Shown here piece after piece: positions 11,350 through 22,595 of a DNA stretch of 64,000 nt; the stretch's first letter is position 1, and each line of letters begins with the position of its first letter. The translations under genes were made by a program, and so were the position numbers. The notes beneath the pieces are model-generated. The model worked only from the letters and a program-made list of their open reading frames with translations, searched no databases and was not told the DNA's origin. Origin of the DNA: Octopus vulgaris (Eukaryota); the NCBI GenBank assembly GCA_951406725.2, contig OX597817.1, forward strand, positions 34,162,001 to 34,226,000. The letters run 5' to 3'.

Positions 11350-12165
11350 ATTTCATTGGTACATGACCACTATTTTTGAGGTGTACAGATGATTAAATTA
11401 GCATCAATACTTGTCTAGTACTTTATCTTATCAACATTCAGAGGATGAAAGCCAAAGTTGACCTCAATGGAATTTGAACTCAGAACATAACAAGCTGTAA
11501 CTAAATACTGTAAGGTGTTTTATTTGATGCTCTACCCATTCTTCTAATCTTCTGCAATCTTCTACTCTCTGGCATTTAGACATTCTAGGTTGTATACATT
11601 TCCTTGTAGCAATAATAGTCACACCACTAATGTCAGTGAATGTCTGGATACCGTTATCAAATAATACCAACTGTGATGCTTATTAGCTGATATTATCAGC
11701 ACTGCTTGGTAACATTTCAGATTCTGCCAATACAGCCAGCTAACAAACATAACTAAACTTTATCTCAATTTGTCAGAGAGCACACTTGTTGAAGGTAAAG
11801 AACATCACAGATTTCAAAAATGGTTACTTGGAAACCAATGGTATGAATCCATAATCATTTCATAAATAGACTGTGACTAACAAATAATAAAGCATGTTTA
11901 GTTTAGTCGTTGGATATATATATGGCAATGGAGCTGATAATATTTACAACAATTCAATGAATAATGTCTAAAAAGTTGAAGGCTGGATAGTTAAGACGCT
12001 TGCTCTGCAACCACATGGTTCCTGATTTTATTTCACTCTGCAGCTGATTGGACAATTGTTTTCTTATGAGTGGAATTTTTGTGAAAGCTCATGGTGTGCA
12101 CATGCATGCACACACAGAGAAATAGGATCAAAAGAATCAAACAGAGCTCACAGTAGGTTCACTCC

Positions 12166-12196
12166 ACACACACACACACATATATACATGTGTATG

Positions 12197-12249
<53 letters not shown>

Positions 12250-12375
12250 GTATATACATGTATGTATATATATATGTATATGTATATACATGTGTGTGTG
12301 TGTATATATATATATATGTATATATATATACATACATGTGTATATATATATGTATATACATGTGTATATATGTAT

Positions 12376-12420
<45 letters not shown>
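12166..12420. repeat. Compound (CA)n/(TA)n/(TG)n microsatellite
   Basis: Seen directly. It produces the YIYI ORFs. Confidence 0.98.
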
Positions 12421-12424
<4 letters not shown>

Positions 12425-12486
12425 TTTTGTTTTTTTGTTTTTCCAGTTTCAGCTCTTGAGCTGTGGCCATGCTGGGGCACCGCCAT

Positions 12487-12648
12487 TGTGGTGAAAGAGT
12501 ACAGCAGGGATCACCACCCCCTGCCGGAGCCTCGTAGAGCTTTTAGGTGTTTTCGCTCAATAAACACACACAACGCCCAGTCTGAGAATCGAAACCGCGA
12601 TCCTGCGACCGCGAGTCTGCTGCCCTAACCACTAGGCCATTGCGCCTC
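12487..12648 (-). mobile_element. SINE family C 5' portion (tRNA-like head)
   Basis: Reverse complement of gaggcgcaatggcctagtggttagggcagcagactcgcggtc..ggtttcgattc, the same head as 55779-56164. Confidence 0.85.
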
Positions 12649-12810
12649 TTTTAATTTATATAGGAAAATGTGTTGTTGAAAATGCACTTTAACTTCAAAA
12701 GCTCGTAAATGTTTAAAATACATTTATTTACATATATACCAAACTAGTTTCAACAATATTTTTTGTTTATCAATGGTAAAAGTGTAAAATTAGAAAAACA
12801 TTGTTATAAG

Positions 12811-12910
12811 TTTCAATGTTGACAAATCAAAATGTTTTCATTGTTGACAAACTAAAATGTTTCATTGTTGATAAATTAAAATGTTTCAATGTTGATAAAT
12901 TATCATGTTC
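12811..12910. repeat. ~24-bp minisatellite, about 4 copies
   Basis: Unit approximately aaaatgtttcaatgttgataaatt. Confidence 0.85.
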
Positions 12911-13039
12911 AAAACAGAAGGTGTAAGTTTGAAATTAAAACTGTATATCAATTTGTTAGAATGTACAAGGTTCATTAATTTCAGTGGTGGTCGACAAGTC
13001 ATACTGAAAAAAAAACAAGTGTGAGAATTAAAATAGCAA

Positions 13040-13712
13040 AAAAAGGGAAATTTGGTTTACAGTTTCTCAGATCTTCTTCAAACAGTCACTTTCGCTTGTA
13101 ATGGTATGTTTTAGTGAAAGATGTATTTATAAATTTTTTTCTGCGAGCAGATCTGATTTTGATTCATTAAAAAATTGATGACGTTTTTCTTCCATGGTCA
13201 AGCTTGTCATTCTTCTTGGTTGGTTTCCTTGTGGATACGGTTGTAGGTAGCTCCGGTTGGTCGGTTCTCTTAAAGAGTTTTTTCGTTGTATTCGCTGAAG
13301 TTCGGTTTTGATCGGTTTGGAATTATGTGACATCAGCAACTGGTGTTTGTGGAATTTCATTGGACTGGAGGTGGGTGACGTCAGCATCTTGTGTTTCTGT
13401 GGTGATTTGGAGCTGCGGTTTCGAAACCTAAGTGGATGATTGTTACTAAGATTTTATTGTTTTTTTGTGTTGAAATTGGATGTTTTTTCTCTTCTTTATA
13501 CTACTTTTTCTTCTTTCTAAAGGATATTTAGCTGTGGTTTATATTTTATAATCAGTATGTTTTCCTTATTTAAAGGGAATTGGGTTGAAGTGTTTCCAGT
13601 GCATTGATAGAGAGGGAAGATTTGGTATTTAGGGTTTTTGTCTACGGGGCATTGGTCTAGGTGCTGGCTAATCGGAATTTTCCTAGTGGTGGGGTCCCGG
13701 ATTTGTTGTCTG
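13040..13712 (-). mobile_element. Penelope-like element 3' remnant (GIY-YIG endonuclease C-terminus plus downstream region)
   Basis: RQQIRDPTTRKIPISQHLDQC..NPKYQIFPLYQC..LNKENILIIKYKPQLN (in ORF 13517-13771) fits the H..H..E..I..P.LN end of PLE GIY-YIG domains. Confidence 0.75.
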
Positions 13713-13719
13713 ACGTCAC

Positions 13720-13908
13720 ATAATTTCAAACCAATCACCATGGACAATAACACCCCCTCCCCCCAGGACAATTACCCCTGAGGACAACATGATGATTTAA
13801 AACTTCTTAATATATTGGAAGGTGGGTAATTAACCAAGAGAGGTAATTTTCCTAGTGAGTAGTTGTCGTCGGGAGGAATTCTCTTATGAGGAGTAATTGT
13901 CCTGAAAC
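13720..13908. mobile_element. Degenerate MITE with subterminal ggacaattacc repeats in inverted arrangement
   Basis: Left side has ggacaataac/ggacaattacc/ggacaac. Right side has ggtaattttcc/gtagttgtc/gagtaattgtcctgaaac. Confidence 0.55.
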
Positions 13909-15239
13909 GATGTATGTATATATATATATATATATATATAAAATGTTTTCAAAATATCATTATTTGGTTTGATTTCATTAAAATGCTTACTTGTGTGTTT
14001 TACTATAGCATCAGGTTAAGTCTTGTGAGTTGAAATTTAGTAGATAAAATACATAGGATGGACTGTATCTGTACTTTAAATGTCAGATCTGTCACCCACT
14101 GATTTTACCTGAATATATTAAAGATACCTGCCTGTGGAATACTCACCTAATTTCATTGCAATACATTAGATTCATATATCAGTTGATCAAAAAAATGGAA
14201 TACTTACCATTGAAATTGATATAGGATTCATCTCCTATTTGTGTGTGTGTGTAGTGTAGAAATTTGAAATTATGATACAACCAAACTACTTCAACTTCAC
14301 TTCCCTAGACATATTCTATTGTTTATTTTACATTTTGTTTCAGTTCTCTCCTTAAATATTTACACATTTGTTTCTCCATAATTGTCTCATATTCCTTCCT
14401 GTATTTCTGTCTAAATCTGTAATGTCAACTCTTCTGCGTTTCCATTTACCCGACTTATGGCTTTATTTATTTTACACAATTATTATTGTATTTTTTTCTT
14501 CCTTTCCTGTTGCCACATTTGGTAATAACCATATAATCAGAAGCATCTTCTCCTAATGACATCCTCTAGAATTGGTGGGAAAAAGTTTTTTGACCTTGTC
14601 ATCATCTAGTATTTGATGGAAATAAAACCACTAGATCACTAACTGTAATTTAATAACATGAAACTACTGATGTTAGCCTAACTCTTTCAACTCTGTTTCA
14701 GCATGGCACAATTCATCAAGTTAATATATTCTAATTTTGTGCAAATCTATGGACAGCCATCTACTAGTAACAAATACAACTAAAAAATATAAAGCATTAT
14801 CAGCTTAGCATTAACATTATCATATCAGCTTTGTCATTTAATCATCATTATCATTTTAACATTTGATATTTCCATGATGATATGGGTTAGCTATATTTGC
14901 CATACAACATATCATCAAAATTAAATAGCATTATACATTCAACTGAGATATCAATCTACATATCTTTATTGATATGGTACTTAATCAATACCTGTTTATC
15001 TCAGTGGATTGACTTTCCGTTATGAAATGCCTTTTACAAGTGATTAACCAATATTGATTTTCAAGGTATACCTAGGGTAGAATTTAAATTCTTTGCAAAT
15101 CAGTGAAGCACACATCATATGTACAGTGTAGTTGTTGTTTACAACTGTAAACTTCACCATACTGCCAAACCTATTTCAAGCTAAGTAAGGTCTTACTTAG
15201 TAAACTACACAATCCAATGACCCAGTAGGAATTACCATA

Positions 15240-15562
15240 AAACTGGTATTCTGTCGGTTATGATGATGAGGCTTTCAGTTGATCTGATCACTGGAACAGT
15301 CTGCTTGGGAAATGAATGTGCAAGTGGCTGAACACTCCAGAGACATGCATACCCTTGATATAGTTCACAGGGAGATTCAGTGTGACACAGAATGTAACAA
15401 GGCTGGTCCTGTGAATTACAGATACAACTTATTTTTGCTAGGTGGGTGGACTGGAGCAATGTGAAATAAAGTGTCTTGTTCAAGGACACAACACACTACC
15501 AGGATTTGAACTTACAACCTTACAATCATGAGCTGGATACTCTAACTACTAAGCCAATCACC
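15240..15562 (-). mobile_element. SINE family E (tRNA head, CORE-like domain, C-type tail)
   Basis: The minus strand has ggcttagtagttag..agttcaaatcc..gtgtccttgaacaagacact. Its 3' part is homologous to the family C tail. Confidence 0.8.
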
Positions 15563-15636
15563 TTTGCAAAAATTACCATATTTACTTACGTGTAAGTTGA
15601 CTTGTGTATAAGTCTCATCCAGTTTACTGAAGATTT

Positions 15637-16075
15637 GCAGGTGTGGCTGTGTGGAAAGAAGTTTGGTTCCCAGCCACATGGTTCCAGTTCAGTCCCAGTA
15701 CATGGCACCTTGGGCCAACCAAAGCCTAGTGATTGGATTTGGTTGACGGAAACTGAAAGAAGCCTGTCATATATCAGCGCCGCCTTGACTGGCTTCTGTG
15801 CCGGTGGCATGTAAAAAGCACCAACCGATCGTGGCCGAAGCCAGGCTCCCCTGTCACCTGTGCCGGTGGCATGTAAAAAGCACCCACTACACTCATGGAG
15901 TGGTTGGTGTTAGGAAGGGCATCCAGCTGTAGAAACACTGCCAGATCAGACTGAAGCCTGGTGCAGCCTCCTGGCTTCCCAGACCCCGGTCGAACCGTCC
16001 AACCCGTGCTAGCATGGAAAACGGACATTAAACGATGATGATAATGATGATGATGTGTGTGTGTGTGTATGTGTA

Positions 16076-16123
<48 letters not shown>

Positions 16124-16345
16124 GTGTGTGCGTGTGTCTGTGTGTGTGTATGTCTGTCTGTCACCACTACTTGACAACTGGTGTTGGTGTGTTTATGCCC
16201 CTGTAACTTAGTAGTTCAGCAAAGGAAACTAATAGAGCTTAAAAAATAAGTACTGGGGTCAACCCAATTGACTAAAATACTTCTAGGCAGTGCTCCAGCT
16301 TGGCTGCAGTCTAATGATTGAAACAAGTAAAAGAAAAGTAACAGA
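15637..16345 (+). mobile_element. SINE family A with a family D copy (15774-16054) inside its microsatellite
   Basis: The A head runs to gaaagaagcctgtc, followed by D with a (GAT)n tail, then (TG)n and the A 3' half. Confidence 0.85.
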
Positions 16346-16474
16346 AATAAAAGAGAGGGGAGTAAATTATTCCACCATATGAAATACTGTTTGTCTTTAC
16401 TATCATTTGCGAATATGGACCATCTCTAATTTCCTCTAATTCTACTGTTTCATTTATATATAGAGTTAGTACTG

Positions 16475-16883
16475 TAGCCAGTGGCACATAAAAGGCTCCA
16501 TTCGAGTGTGATCATTACCAGTGTTGCCTTACTGGCACTTGTGCCCATGCTAGTAGGGTGCTAAGAGCACCATCTGAGCGTGATCGTTGCTAGAGCGGCT
16601 AACTGGCTTCCATGCCAGTGGCACGTAAAAAGCACCATTCGAGCGTGATCGTTACCAGCGTCACCTTAATGGCACTTGCACTGGTGGCACATAAAAAAAC
16701 ATTTGAGTGAAGTTGTTGTCTCTGCCGCTGGACTGGCTCCTGTGCACTCTCAGAGTGGTTGGCGTTAGGAAGGGCATCTAGCTGTAGAAACTCTACCAGA
16801 TCAAGATTGGAGCCTGGTGCAAAATCATCCAACCCATGCTAGCATGGAAAGCGGACGTTAAACAATGATGATGATGATGATGA
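16475..16883 (+). mobile_element. Family D retroposon with internal tandem units
   Basis: Repeated gtggcac.taaaaagcaccattcgagcgtgatcgttaccag units, then gagtggttggcgttaggaagggcatc and a (GAT)n tail. Confidence 0.85.
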
Positions 16884-17445
16884 TTTGAGTTAAATGTAGT
16901 GACTAAAGAAATGAATACACTGGAATACTTCACCGGTTCCTTCAGCAAGAGATATTTGACTATTTCAGTTAAATATGCCTCTCTTCTTCACACTTTGTTT
17001 TTAGGTGAATCTTTTGTAAGAATTAGAGCTGAAGTTAAATTTTGGTGATACTGTAGTTGTAACATCTATAAAGTTTTCTATAAAATGAAGAATAAATTGG
17101 GATGGTTTTGTATCGCCTTGTTCAGGTAGACATGATTCCTAACTTGAGTGATTAATGAATCGCATTCTGTACTGTACATCTATTCAAGATATATTTTGGA
17201 CACGAAAAACTCTAATCTGTTTTATAGAATTTGTTTGATCATTCAATGTTATTGAGATGTATAATGTAAATTGATGTGGGAATAACTTCAATTAATCTTA
17301 CATATATTGCAACTAGCTGAGCTTCGGAATGTCAGATTAATGGCTAAAAGGTTAACAGTTTGTGGTGTGTCACTGGCACTGTACTGTTACTATGGCTAAG
17401 TCATTTAATTATATTTTCTTTTGTATAACATTTTGTTTGTTACAG

Positions 17446-17486
17446 GTTTACAATGGACCAAACACTGGTTTGCAGTATTTATGATG
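17446..17486 (+). other. Candidate 41-nt exon of an unidentified host transcript
   Basis: Acceptor ttttctttt..ttttgtttgttacAG and donor ATG|GTAAGA. Open frames read LQWTKHWFAVFMM or FTMDQTLVCSIYD. Confidence 0.4.
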
Positions 17487-17984
17487 GTAAGATTGATGAG
17501 GGATTGTATAGCAACTTGGGTGGAAGAAATATCACAAAGGACTTCATCTGAATGCTGGTTTCTTGTTTTTCTCACTGATGTTTACATCTTTTATCTTTAT
17601 GTATACTTACATATACATATATATGTATACAATGGGCTTCAGTACAGTTTCTTTGTACCAAATTTCATTCATTATACATTGGTCAACTTGAGGTTACTTG
17701 AGATTTTAGTAGAAGATACTTTTTCAAGGAAGATGAAGTGAAATAGAATCTGAAACTCTGCAGTTACAAAATTAAATTATTAACTACACAGTCCATATTG
17801 GTGAAAATAGATATCATATTAAATTCAAATTACGATGAATGTAAACAAACAAACGAAGTTTGCTTTAGAAGCGTTGAGATGTCTTAGAAAGTTAAAGAAT
17901 TGATTTTAAATTCTCGAACGCAGGATAATGCTAATAATATAGCCTGAACAGGATAAACTACCCCTATTTTGCAGAAAAAAATGT

Positions 17985-18065
17985 TGGTGGCCGGCTATGA
18001 GACTCGAACTCACACCTCTGTGATTACACATCATGGTGCTCTGAACCAATTAAGCTAAACTGCCC
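17985..18065 (-). tRNA. tRNA-like pseudogene (left arm)
   Basis: The minus strand reads GGGCAGTTTAGCTTAATTGGTTCAGAGCACCATGATGTGTAATCACAGAGGTGTGAGTTCGAGTCTCATAGCCGGCCACCA, then ACA and T7. Confidence 0.6.
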
Positions 18066-18103
18066 ACACCAATTAATATTACATATATTGCAGTTTATGG
18101 TGT

Positions 18104-18184
18104 GGGCGGTGTAGCTTAATTGGTTCAGAGCACTGTGATGCGTAATCACGGAAGTGTGAGTTCAAGCCTCATAGCCAGCCACCA
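18104..18184 (+). tRNA. tRNA-like pseudogene (right arm); CGT at the anticodon position, overall Ile/Thr-like
   Basis: Box A TAGCTTAATTGG, anticodon arm CTGTGA-TGCGTAA-TCACGG, T arm GTGAG-TTCAAGC-CTCAT, 3' ACCA and T7 at 18189-18195. The acceptor stem is imperfect. Confidence 0.6.
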
Positions 18185-18393
18185 ACACTTTTTTTCTGCA
18201 AAATAGGGGTAGTTTATCCTGTTCAGGCTATATTATTCGCATTATCCTGTGTTTGAGACATCATATTATAGAAGGTTAGACTACCTTGTGATTAAAAAGT
18301 ATTTTATGAGCCTCTAGTGATGAGTTTGGATTATAAGATAAGTATAATTTGAAGAGGAATGAGGATGTTTTCACTTGTGCTCCAATGAACTAA

Positions 18394-18699
18394 TCTTTGT
18401 ATATAAAACTGAAGTTGTGTGTGTGTCTGTCTACTCCGATTTAGATTCCTAACTACTCCCAAATTTTGCGGTGCAGTTTAACCAAAAGCGGGTATCTTAT
18501 AGTCGTGATTCATATTGAGCCCTTCAGGGTATTAGCGCGCATCTACGATGAGTCTACGATTTTAAAAATAATTTACCATCATTTTCCCGCATTTTTAATG
18601 CATTTTTTTGCTCGGTTTATATAAGGGAAGTAACTCTCTAAAAATGCTTATATAGTTATTTCCCTTACAAACCCGAGCAACGCCGGGTGATACTGCTAG
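18394..18699 (+). mobile_element. Non-autonomous Helitron (family 1)
   Basis: A|TC 5' end, 3' hairpin cccgagcaacgccggg, CTAG|T terminus and no TSD. Confidence 0.88.
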
Positions 18700-18769
18700 T
18701 AAGTTATATACACCATACGCTACATAAGACATGTCAAGCTAAGTAACAAAATTACTGTCTTCCTCATGT

Positions 18770-19055
18770 ACAGACTTGTCCTTTCAGGAGCCAGTACCAC
18801 TTAAAAAGTACCTATGCAGGTGCTACATTAGTGCACCTGTGCTGATGCTGCATTAATTCACCACTGCCAGTGCTGCATAAATGCACCCATGCTGGTAGCA
18901 CATAGTAAGCATCCAGCAGACTCTGGTGTTAGGAAGGGCATCCAGCCATAGAAACCATGCCACGACAGACACTTGGAGTCTGCACAGCTCCCTGCTAGCC
19001 AGCTCCATCTCAAATCATCCAACCCATGCCAGCATGAAAAGTGGGCATAAAGATG
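18770..19055 (+). mobile_element. Old family D copy with ~26-bp degenerate tandem units
   Basis: gtgc..cata..(a)gcaccc repeats, then ttaggaagggcatccagcc and ccaacccatgccagcatg. Confidence 0.7.
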
Positions 19056-19185
19056 ATATCTGACATAGACCTCTTCCTCAGCATCATTATTGCTGGCACA
19101 GAATTGATGAGTTTTCTGAGACAGTGTTTTGTTTCCCTGTTGTTATCTCTTATAGTTGTTTGTTACATGTGTGGAACATGCGTTA

Positions 19186-19579
19186 TCTCTATATATATAA
19201 AGCTGAAGTTGTCTGTGTATGGCAGGTTTGGTAGCCTTCAACTAACACTATCTCCTCTGAGACCCTGCAGCGCAAATTGACCAAAATTGAGAGTATGATA
19301 GAAGAAGGCTTGCTCTTCCTTCCGTAGAAGAAAAATTTCAAATCGGACCATGTTAGCACCAAAAATTATTTACATCAAAAAGGTAGTTTTTTTCTATAAA
19401 AATCCCTATTTTTTTTACAACTTTTTGACTGCTGTGTCGCCATTTTTCGGTGTATTTCAACCAGAAAAATGTTCACTTAAAGAGAATAATAAGCTACATA
19501 ATGCAAAATTTTTACTTTTCAAAAATTCCAATTCTAAAGGGTCAAAACAAACCTGAGCAACGCCGGGCAATACTGCTAG
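19186..19579 (+). mobile_element. Non-autonomous Helitron (family 2)
   Basis: A|TC start, cctgagcaacgccggg hairpin and CTAG|T end. Two further copies lie in this window. Confidence 0.9.
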
Positions 19580-20720
19580 TTTTTTCTAAAACCACTATAC
19601 TTTGTAATATATGTATGTATTTATATTTAGCTTTCAGTAGTATATATATGTGTGTATATGTACACACACATACACAAGATTTAAGTATATTTCATACATT
19701 CAATTAAGACATAGATATATTTCACATATCCAACAAAGTCATCATCATCATCATCATCATCATCGTTGTTTAATGCCCACATTCCATGCTGGCATGAATA
19801 TAAATTAATATATCCATGGCACAAAACTATTTCAAATATTTGTATTAATCTTCTTGAAACTGGATTTTTATCAAATAATAAGACCACCTCTGGTACTGAT
19901 ACAAAGCCTTATTTTAAAATGTTCATATCTAAATTAATACTTCGCTCATAATTTCATACAAGAACCTCTTATGTTCCAAATTATTAAGCTGTTCTTAATA
20001 ATGAAATATTTATTAAACTAAATCCTTCCAATTTTTTTTCATTTTGTTCAAAATAAAGTGGAACATAAACAATGTGTTTCATTGAAAAAATATGGTCATA
20101 AAATGTCTAAAACAAAAACATAGAAGTAGCTTAAATTTATTAAAATTGATAAAATTCTTGGGACTGTTCTTGTCTTCAGTTATACTCCTAAAGCATTCTA
20201 GTGCTACTAAACAGGGTTCAGAAGAATTTTGATATTGAAATATTTCAGAAGTGTCCAAAAATACCCTCCTATCATTTTGAATGCTTTTGGAATTAAAAAT
20301 AAATGATTGATTTGTTACAAATAATAGTTTATTTTTACTTATTCAAGAGGAATGGAGTGTCTCAAATAATTTCATGACCAACCAAATACCATTCAATATT
20401 TAACCAATAACCTCTGGATTTGTTTGATCATTTGATGTGAACAAAGCTTTTTTCACCCTTTGGGGTTAACAAAATAAGAATCAGTATTACATAGTAGGTT
20501 GATTCACTTCACTCTAGAAATATGGCATTTTTAATCAAATGAATTCTATATTTGTAGTAAGTATAAAATAACTATTATGCAATTAAAAGCTGAAATATTG
20601 ACTGAGACGATTGAAAGTTAAGAGATTGTTGTTTAATCCCAGGTCAATCTTGAACAAGTAAACTTATGATCAAAGGTGTATGAATTTCAACCATCTGTCT
20701 CTTAATACATCTTATACTAC

Positions 20721-21111
20721 AGGCGCAGGAGCCTGTAGTACCAACCACATGGTTCCGGGTTCAGTCCCACTGCGTGGCACCTTGGGCAAGTGTCTTCTAC
20801 TATAGCCTTGGGCCGACCAAAGCCTTGTGAGTGGATTTGGTAGATGGAAACTGGAAGAAGCCTGTTGTATATATGTATGTATATATATGTGTGCGTGTAT
20901 GTTTGTGTGTCTGTGTTTGTCCCCCTAGCATTGCTTGACAACCGATGCTGGTGTGTTTATGTCCCCGTCACTTAGCTGTTCGGCAAAAGAGACTGATAGA
21001 ATAAGTACTGGGCTTACAAAGAATAAGTCCCAGGGTCGAGTTGCTCAACTAAAGGTGGTGCTCCAGCATGGCTGCAGTCAAATGACTGAAACAAGTAAAA
21101 GAGTAAAGAGT
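20721..21111 (+). mobile_element. SINE family A, young, with a rearranged box A region
   Basis: Near-consensus body and an (AAAAGAGT)n-type tail. Confidence 0.9.
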
Positions 21112-21376
21112 ATGTATTCAAAGTATCTTTTTTTTTTAATTGAAGATGGTTAGGCCTTATTTGAGGGAGATTTGGCTATTGTTTCTGGCAGGTCAAGTAA
21201 CGACATAGAAAGTTTTACATTGGCTCAAGCTGTAATATAAAGTTCTCTTCATTGGCCTATATGATAGCATGGAAACTTCTTTGTTGGCTTGTGCAATTTT
21301 AGATGTTCCCTCATTGGCCCAAGGAGACTATTGTAAAAATTAAAAGGTCAAAGTGTGTTCACTAATTAAACCTCCT

Positions 21377-21812
21377 CATCATTATTATCATCATTATTTA
21401 ACGTCCACTTTCCATGCTAGCATGGGTTGGATGATTTGACTGAGAACTGGTAAACCAGATGGCTGCACCAGGCTCCAATCTGATCTGGCAGAGTTTTTAC
21501 AGCTGGATGCCCTTCCTAATGCCAACCACTCTGAGTGTAGTGGGTGCTTTTACATGCCATCGGCACGAAGGCCAGTTAGGCGGTACTGGCAATGACCACG
21601 CTCAAATGGTGTTTTTTTATGTGCCACCTGCACAGGAGCCAGTCCAGCGGCACTGGCAATGACCTTGCTCGAATGTTTTTTTCACATGCCACCAGCACAA
21701 GTGCCAGTAAGGCGATGTTGGTAACGATCACGCTCGAATGGTACTTTTTATGTGCCACTGGCACGGAAGCCAGTCAGCTGCTCTGGCAACGATCATGCTC
21801 GGATGGTGCTAC
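21377..21812 (-). mobile_element. Family D retroposon
   Basis: (CAT)n, ttaacgtccactttccatgctagcatgggttgg, and several tandem units. Confidence 0.88.
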
Positions 21813-22199
21813 AAAAATCCTCAAAAACATTCATCTTCTTTATTTACATTATTTACATTTGACGGATATTTGTCCTCATCTTGTTTGTTGTTAACACAAT
21901 GTTTCTTTTCAGATAGTCTAATATTGTTTGCTTCAAGTTAGGTGCCTATTGATTTTTAATGAGAAAAACAGAAAACTATTGAGTGCAAAAATATTATTTA
22001 TTATTCTCTCTTATGAGCTCTTCATTAAATAAATTGTGTTTTATTTTACATTATGAGATGCAGATTATTTTGGTAAATTAAATAAATTTTGTGTAGTGCA
22101 CTAAGAATGCTAAAAATTTTATTAATTGCAAACAACACAAGTTAAATAAATGGGAAATTAACTGACACATTACAGAAAATTCATTACATACACTTTTGC

Positions 22200-22595
22200 T
22201 CTTTCACTTTTTCTGTCATTCGTCTGTGGCCATGCTGGGGCACTACCTTGAAGGGTTTAGTTAAACAAATCAATCTAAATACTTAATTTTCTTTAAGTCT
22301 GATACATTACACACTCTATCAGTCTCTTTTGCTGAACCACTAAGTGATGAGGATGCAAGCAAAATAATATTGGTTGTCAAGCAGTTCACACACATGCATG
22401 CACATGCACGCGCATTCACACACACACACACATGCGCACAAAGATGGCAAGTTTTTATACAGATCCCAACTACCAAACTCACTCACAAGGTATTGGTTGA
22501 TCTGGGGCTATGGTAGAAGATACTTGCTCAAGGTGCCACAGTGGAACTGAATCTGAGACCATGTGTTTGCAATGCAAGATTCTTAACCACACAGG
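22200..22595 (-). mobile_element. SINE family A, diverged
   Basis: gtggccatgctggggcact...tgctgaaccactaagt...cttgctcaaggtgcc...ttaaccacac. Confidence 0.75.

Larger units (their letters stand above)
17912..18258. repeat. Long palindrome: ~160-bp arms and a 26-bp AT-rich spacer, each arm carrying a tRNA-like unit
   Basis: 17912-18071 is the reverse complement of 18098-18258. The mismatches are mostly transitions. Confidence 0.96.

Noticed and set aside
12056-12628. 190-aa ORF and overlapping YIYI/VCVC ORFs (also 39063-39789, 34487-34810, 43272-43647)
   Set aside because: These are stop-free microsatellite translations joined to SINE sequence, not genes.
16480-16740. Repeat-spacer-like arrays in family D resembling CRISPR
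   Set aside because: The units are degenerate and the intervening parts are homologous to each other. They sit inside a dispersed eukaryotic retroposon, and there are no cas genes.
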